A DNA stretch of 64,000 bases from Bugula neritina (Eukaryota > Animalia > Bryozoa): the NCBI GenBank assembly GCA_964035545.1, contig OZ037766.1, positions 17,323,081 to 17,387,080 of the forward strand, given 5' to 3'. The notes under the pieces are model-generated. The model saw nothing but the letters and a program-made list of their open reading frames with translations. It was not told the origin of the DNA and did not search any database. The position numbers and the translations under genes are program-made. This document shows positions 57,393 to 64,000 of the stretch, one piece after another (position 1 is the stretch's first letter; each line of letters opens with the position of its first letter).

Positions 57393-60300
57393 TTAGAGGA
57401 TATTGCATGATGTCCTTAGGTTGTCTGGTGGAGTTGGAGGAGGGACCTTATGTTCTTGTACAGTTGTCCTGCAGTCTGGACACACATCATTATTCTAAAA
57501 GCAACTTCACCTGCACTACATTTGTGACAGCAAAATTGAGCTAGCAACTAGTGACGCATACCATTAATTGTCAGCAAAAAAGATTGAGCTTATACCTATT
57601 TGGTGACCTCACCTACCAAACATGAATGCCCCCAAATTGAAGTTTTTACTTGAAATAGTTGGACTATGAATAACTGAAAGTAACCTTTAGTCAAGGGCCA
57701 CAATAGAAGCATTTGTTTCAGAAAATTCTGGTTACAGGTCAAAATCGAAGTTAGATGGAGCACCTTTCTCCTTTTATTCAATCAAGGCTAAATCATTATC
57801 ATTTCAATTAGCTAACTTTATAATGCCACTAATGCATGAGAATTGATTCAAATAGTGTATGCTGGCCTGATGTAGTGTTCCTGCATTCATAGAGGTCCCA
57901 ATTTGCTGAAGGGAGTTAGCAAATTGAAAGCTATAAACTCTCACTGCTCTTTAAAAACTTTTCTGAGAATTAAAATAATTTTCAGTCTACTTTAAATCTA
58001 AAAAGCAAATGTAAATGCATTTTATAACAGAAAAGCAGACCTGTATGGGACAATGAAAACCATTCCTACACCAGATATAACTGAACCCCACCAACAAGAC
58101 AGTTAGCATCTAATGCATGGCATGAGAGTCTATGCACACAAGAGGAGAAAACTATATAACTATGCACCAGTTTTAAATGCTGTTTTAGACTTGTATGCAG
58201 TCAAAAATAGTTTGCTTCTATTGATGTACAAAATTTAAAGGTTCGGTCCTATACCTTCCATGCTTCATGGTGACTTCTGCTTTAGATATATTAATAGCAT
58301 TTTACTATAGCATGTAATAGGCTGATCGAAGTAGTTTAGTGCATCACAGTAATGTGTTATTCCAACAGCCCTTTCTTACGATATAATAATATATTACTGG
58401 CAGCATAAAAATCTAAGGTAGGACAACTCTAAGAAAAAGGGCGTAATACAAGTATTTCTTGCAAACATAATCTTTTAAATTGTATGTAAATGCAGCCTTC
58501 TACAGAAAAGAAATGATATATTGAAATTTACGATATACATAATAACCTAAGCAGACAAATAATCCAGTAATAGAATATCTTACAAGTATATTGTATTTCT
58601 TCTGCAAAGCATATTATTATATAATCACTACACAGCTGGTCAACACAAAAATAATTGTTTTTCTAAAACTACTTTAGAGAAATGTTTCTATACGTTGGAT
58701 TTTAACTTTTAAAATCTTCAAAACTAGTTTAGCTCAAGTGCATAAGGCAGTATAAATCAACTCTCTGTGTGTCCGAGCTTTTAAAAGATTGGACATCTTA
58801 GTAAAGTTTAGTTGTTAATGCTACCACGTAGCCAATTTTCCAAGTAATATGTTATTAGTTATAAGCAAACAAGACACAAAAATTAACTACAGTCTTTGAA
58901 AATATATTTTTAATAATTCATGTTAAAAGTTTATCTCCTGTAAAACACACCTGATTCCTGTAATAAATATACTAAACTGTTGCAAAGGCCTGCTAACGTT
59001 TAACATTCATGCAATACAAATAATTTTTGTGCTATCCTTTAAATAAAAAACTTGTTCAATTAATCATAGCAAAAATATTTATATAAACTTTATATTTATA
59101 TTTATATAAATTTCAACACTGCTTTAACAATTACAAAATTATAGTTCTGGCTCTTACATTTAAATTTAAAATTGCTGCTGTGATGCTAAAATGGTTTTTT
59201 TAAGATTCTTATAAAATAAAAAGGTTTCAGCAGACTGTATGACAAGCTAACGCCCACTTAAATGAATTTATTTAATTAATTTTGATTAGCCCAAACTAGA
59301 TGAATGGACTTGATAAGCATAGAACTTTTCATGCAGTATCCAACAATACAAAATCATTATGGTAGCTGTGAATGCCAAATTATTACATAGCAACTTAGTT
59401 GATTATCAGCAAACAATGACCTGCACAGTTGAAGCATTTTATCATTTAATAATTTTATCAATTAGTCTTTTATTTTTAATCCCACAGCAAAGAAATAGCT
59501 TGAAATAGGCCATCTTCAGTATTGTAAATGCTTGACATGCCGATATAAGTGGTGTTGCAATAGGCAAAGTTATTCTATAGATATAATTGCAATGATATTT
59601 TTCCACTTTCATGTTCCAACAAACAGCTTTTATAATATATATAAGTATAACTAAGTATTGAATTATACTGCAGCAACATATTGCAAGTTTTTACTGACCT
59701 GCAACCAGGGCTCTACGCATTCTCTATGAAACTTGTGGGCACATGGCAAAAATCTTTGGTTTTGTGGTGTCAGAGTCTCCAAGCATATACTGCAAATCTC
59801 ACTTCTAATATTTACTTCTGGCTAAAACACATGTTTTTTCAAGCATTTTACCCGTGTAAAAGGTGTTTTTTAAAGTCCAGACATGCTTAGCAAAAAACTT
59901 ACCATACACTGATTAGTACAACTATACTAATGGATCTTAGTTTCGACAAATTGGTTTTTGCTATTTGTCAATAAAATATTTTAAAAGCTTTCTTAAACCT
60001 TGAGAGTATCTTGTTTGTTGTGCTTCATATAGGTAGGAAAATGAAGTCAACTTGGGTACAAACTACATTTTATTTCGTTCTTTTATTATAATGCATGTAA
60101 ATTTAATAAATTAAAACTGCGCTTGTAAACTTTATTTGAACAATTTTTTATACGCTCAGCTCTACAGCTCTACTATACAACCAAAGGTGCTCTTAGAAGA
60201 CTATGCAATATTTATTGTATAATAAAATGAAGAGTCATGCAGCCCTACAGATCTAATTGGAAAACGGCACTATTTAAATAATGTAGACGAAAATTCACTT

Positions 60301-63300
60301 GAGGAAAATAATTAGTACATAAGTGCTGTACTTTTAAACATAATTGCCTGTTGTCAATTAAATTTCATCAAAGTTTTTATTCAAGTTTACAATACCTGGA
60401 ATGATCCTATTTTTTGGTTGAGCTGTATTTAACATTGAAGCTAGTCTTCACTTACCATTTGTGTGTGTGTTTGTGTGTTTGTATAAAGTATATAATTAAA
60501 ACAGCTTTGTTCGCAGTTATATAAATGTAGAGATAAGAGAATCGAGCAGCATAATTTCCTCACCTCAGAAGGAAGTTCTGGTAAAGGAAGAAGATGTCTA
60601 GGCCGTTGATTGTCTGTGATGTCTGTATTGTCATTTAGGGAAACAAGCTAAAAGATATGTACAATAATATTCTATTAGGAAAGTAAAAAGAGGATTATTC
60701 AACCGTGAATTGGATAGAAATGTCTAACCTTTTAATATATTCGTACCAAAATGTTGTACTAGGACTTTATTGTGCGTTGTTTTATAAAACCACTGACTAT
60801 TTTATTTAGTGTTTCAGACAGTTAGTATTATTTTAATTGTTCGTAGTTGGTTAGTAATTAATGAGAAATGAAAGGGTCATTAATGTGTAAAACTCTGGGG
60901 GACAGCAAAGTAAAATTAATTATGGCTTTGTTTTCAATACAGTACTTTCATTTTGCACTTAGATTAGAATCAACTAAACCTAGGTAATTTTATTCCTAAC
61001 AGCTTCTATATTTAGCGATTTATGAACACAAGTGAAGGAATTTTACTATTTTCTATGTTAATAGAGCTATTGGTGTTATGTCTATTTCCTAGGCCACTAT
61101 AGAATAATAATTACAGCAAGCCTATACTTCTTAGATTAAATCAAAAGCATGTATATATAACATATAGTTTTGTTAACTGGAATATATTATTGTTTTCTAG
61201 TAGTTATATCAGGTTGATATTAGAAAAAAATATCAAAAACAGTTTTTCATGGTAATCCATGCGAAGTATTAACTGTGATTTGAGTAAAAAAATATAGTTC
61301 TGCACATATAATGCAATAGAATGGCTTATGATTATGACTAATTGAAAAATTAATGTAGCTTACAGGCATAACAATAGTTAATGCTGAGAAAATTCAAATG
61401 CTCAAAACATAATATTGAGTTTTTAATTTTGAAATAGTGCAATTATAGTAGGGTTCCGATTCAAAGGAAAATAATATACTAATGAAATTATAAGCTATTT
61501 TGGAAATATAATCTGGAGTATATTCAATATTAGGCAGCATGCGTGGGTTGGTCAATGCATGAAAATGAGGTCTTCTTTATCAAGCAGCAGGTTATAAAAA
61601 CAAAACTAATTTGTAGCTCAATAATAAAAGTAAAAAACCTGAATAAGTTAAATATATATGACCTTTTTTGCAAGCTTTTAAAGTTTGCTACGTACTTTTA
61701 AATCGGTGATCAGAGACTGTGTAAGATTTTCATTCAAAAACAGAACATTGGGATCTGTAACTACATGGCTGGTGCTATTGTTGGTATTCCTTTCGCCTCC
61801 TGCAGCTACTTGAGACAGGTCCGCCTGTAATGTACATTACGTTAGACCTATTTTACTTGATTTTCATGTATAGATGCTTGTAAACGTGAAATAATAATTA
61901 TATAATGTAATAAGGTTAGGCACTCATCAAATAGTTACAATGCATCAGGTGCAAAACACTAAACTTTTTTTATTCATATTTCATTTAAGATACACAAGTG
62001 TTTCATAGAACTAACCTTTTTGTTTGCCCTCTCATAGAGCTCTGATAATAATATCTGCTATTCCTTGTGAGTATTTTGGGTAAAGCTCACCATAATATGT
62101 GCGTAACATAATTATATGACTTTGATAAATACAATGTGTTCAACAAAATTTTTCTCTTAAGGACTGTATGTTGTAATTATGAAATTACCAACATGCAAAT
62201 ATCTTCTCTACGTATAAAACAATATAAAACATAGAAAATCTTTCTTGGTTAACTAGTAATGTTTTATAATGTCCCTATTATATATCATTATAGAAAATTT
62301 GGTGCAACTGACAAAACAACAAATATGTGGTATGATAATAAGTTGCATAGACTATATTTATTGATGCTTATTTCTGCTATTAAATACTCTCAGCTCTGTT
62401 TTTCTAATCTGCCTCACATCAAAAAACAGCACATGCAGCAAATCAACATGTTTTAATATATCTTTATCATTATGAGCTTTATTTAGGGAGGAGCAGCCGT
62501 GGTCTAGGGGTTACAGCGTTTGCCTAGTAAGCACGAAAGTCATGGGTTCGAGCCCAGACAAAGACCATTGGTGATGTTAGAAAGAGCATTCAGTCATAAT
62601 TGCTCCTGTGCCTCATCTTAATAAGTCCTTGGCCCAATTCAACAAAAACCCCTTCCATCAGGGGTTTTCTCACAGGAATAGCAACTATAAACTTGTGTGA
62701 GTTTTATTGTGGGATATATAAGATATATATAGAGCTCATGATGATATAATATTAGGCACACAGAGAGAGAGAGAGAGAGGGAGAGGGAGAGGGAGAGGGA
62801 GAGGGAGAGGGAGAGGGAGAGGGAGAGGGAGAGGGAGAGGGAGAGGGAGAGGGAGAGGGAGAGGGAGAGGGAGAGGGAGAGGGAGAGGGAGAGGGAGAGG
62901 GAGAGGGAGAGGGAGAGGGAGAGGGAGAGGGAGAGGGAGAGGGAGAGGGAGAGGGAGAGGGAGAGGGAGAGGGAGAGGGAGAGGGAGAGGGAGAGGGAGA
63001 GGGAGAGGGAGAGGGAGAGGGAGAGGGAGAGGGAGAGTCTACAACTGCCCTCTTATTCAGCATAAATGTACTGAATGTTTGTACCTGGATGTCATCAACG
63101 TTGGTCACTTCACATGCTTCTCTTTCTAGCAGCACTTGGTGAGTTCCCGGCTACAATAAAATAACACAAATTAAGCATTAATACCCTGTTTAATATTATG
63201 TAATTAATAAGCACAATGCAGCATACAGATTACTATATGCTCAACTAAAATAACATAAAATTGCTAAGTTTCGATTAGAGTTTGGGAAAATATTGTACAT

Positions 63301-63449
63301 ATTAATCTTTATGTTTTTTTATAGAGTACAGAAGAGACCCTGTTGAACTTACAAGCTTTGAAAGATCAACTACCACTGCTGTAATCAGTGTGGTATCATT
63401 CACAAAACATGAATCTATCAGTTTGATAGAATATAGATGATCGGTATAG
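57393..63449 (-). CDS. RING-H2 E3 ligase with DZIP3/TTC3-like RING; 5' end not found, probably beyond the window
   Basis: In-phase exons: 63449-63353, 63150-63085, 62054-62016, 61824-61696, 60647-60564, (60422-60396 possible), 59821-59699, 57494-57393. RING CSICLETLTPQNQRFLPCAHKFHRECVEPWLQ|NNDVCPDCR. The two RING exons are firm; the upstream exons are less so. Confidence 0.8.
62490..62697 (+). mobile_element. tRNA-derived SINE, copy 3 (best-preserved head)
   Basis: A box TGGTCTAGGGG, anticodon-like arm TGC-CTAGTAA-GCA, B box GGTTCGAGCC, and a degenerate 17-bp TSD. Confidence 0.9.
62762..63037. repeat. (GA)n-(GAGGGA)n polypurine microsatellite
   Basis: Directly visible; produces the spurious poly-SP ORF. 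Confidence 0.98.
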
Positions 63450-63500
63450 CTGTTTGTAAATATCATATTTAACGCATTGCATCAGGGGATAGCGACATAT

Positions 63501-63811
63501 TGTAGTAGTGTTGTGGGTAGAATGCAATCAAGTGGGGAGCATAACACCGTAATATAAGAAACAAGAGAGGTTGAGCAGAGCAATCTTTTTTATAAGGTAT
63601 AAGAGTGTCTGTGTGTGTGTCTGTATTCTGCAAGCTCCGGTGGTAGACTGATCTACTCTGTGAGCTCGCCTCCTTATATACTGGGAATAAGTCTCTTCAA
63701 AAAACTTCTGCCGATTGTGTCCAAAAATTGGGGTTCCCGAGAAGATGTCGGAGTCACTGACATGTCCAATCGCATTCCCCAAACAAAGTCGGCAATCCTG
63801 ACATCTTCACA
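63501..63811 (-). mobile_element. Possible LTR-like element
   Basis: On the minus strand it starts TGT and ends ACA, contains TATATAAG, is GC-richer than its flanks and is preceded by a purine-rich tract. No TSD found. Confidence 0.35.
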
Positions 63812-64000
63812 CCTTCTAATTTTCGGTCGAGATCGGCTTACACGATTGCACAAAATTTATTATATTGAAAATATTATTATACGCAAAATTCACTACACAC
63901 ACCTCCACCAGAATGTAAGGGTTTTTGATAAAACCAGGGCAAAATAAAAAAGTATAATAAGGAAGCACACACACGCACGCACGCGCACACACACACGCAC

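Noticed and set aside
62490-62570. Possible tRNA-Thr(AGT) gene
   Set aside because: The acceptor stem does not pair, and the sequence continues into a body shared by TSD-flanked copies; it is a SINE head.
63528-63947. ORFs 63528..63782 and 63615..63947 as genes
   Set aside because: Non-ATG starts and no recognisable motifs; the region looks more like an LTR-like insert.

Overview
AT-rich, intron-containing animal genomic DNA, probably an invertebrate (inferred from TASK, KSR and ALG12 genes plus SINE/MITE content). It is not prokaryotic and has no CRISPR array or rRNA. Splicing exons by hand gives seven protein-coding genes: the first exon of a TASK-type K2P channel (-), an 11-exon RAF/KSR-like pseudokinase (+), a 3-exon LRR-only protein (+), a 7-exon TSGA13-like protein (-), a 9-exon ALG12 (-) with a probable U12-type minor intron, a 10-exon RING-H2 E3 ligase with SIM-like and MIU-like motifs (+), and the 3' part of a second, DZIP3/TTC3-like RING-H2 gene (-). 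Introns and intergenic DNA carry a tRNA-derived SINE (3 near-full copies with TSDs plus a fragment), a Tc1 relic, a hAT relic with nested MITEs, a LINE fragment split by a Harbinger-like element, several MITEs, a possible LTR, and many micro- and minisatellites. All exon models are manual, checked only for GT-AG boundaries and phase continuity; family names rest on recalled motifs, not database searches. I found no clearly undescribed system. The strongest leads are the pseudokinase, the U12 intron and the SIM-rich RING ligase.
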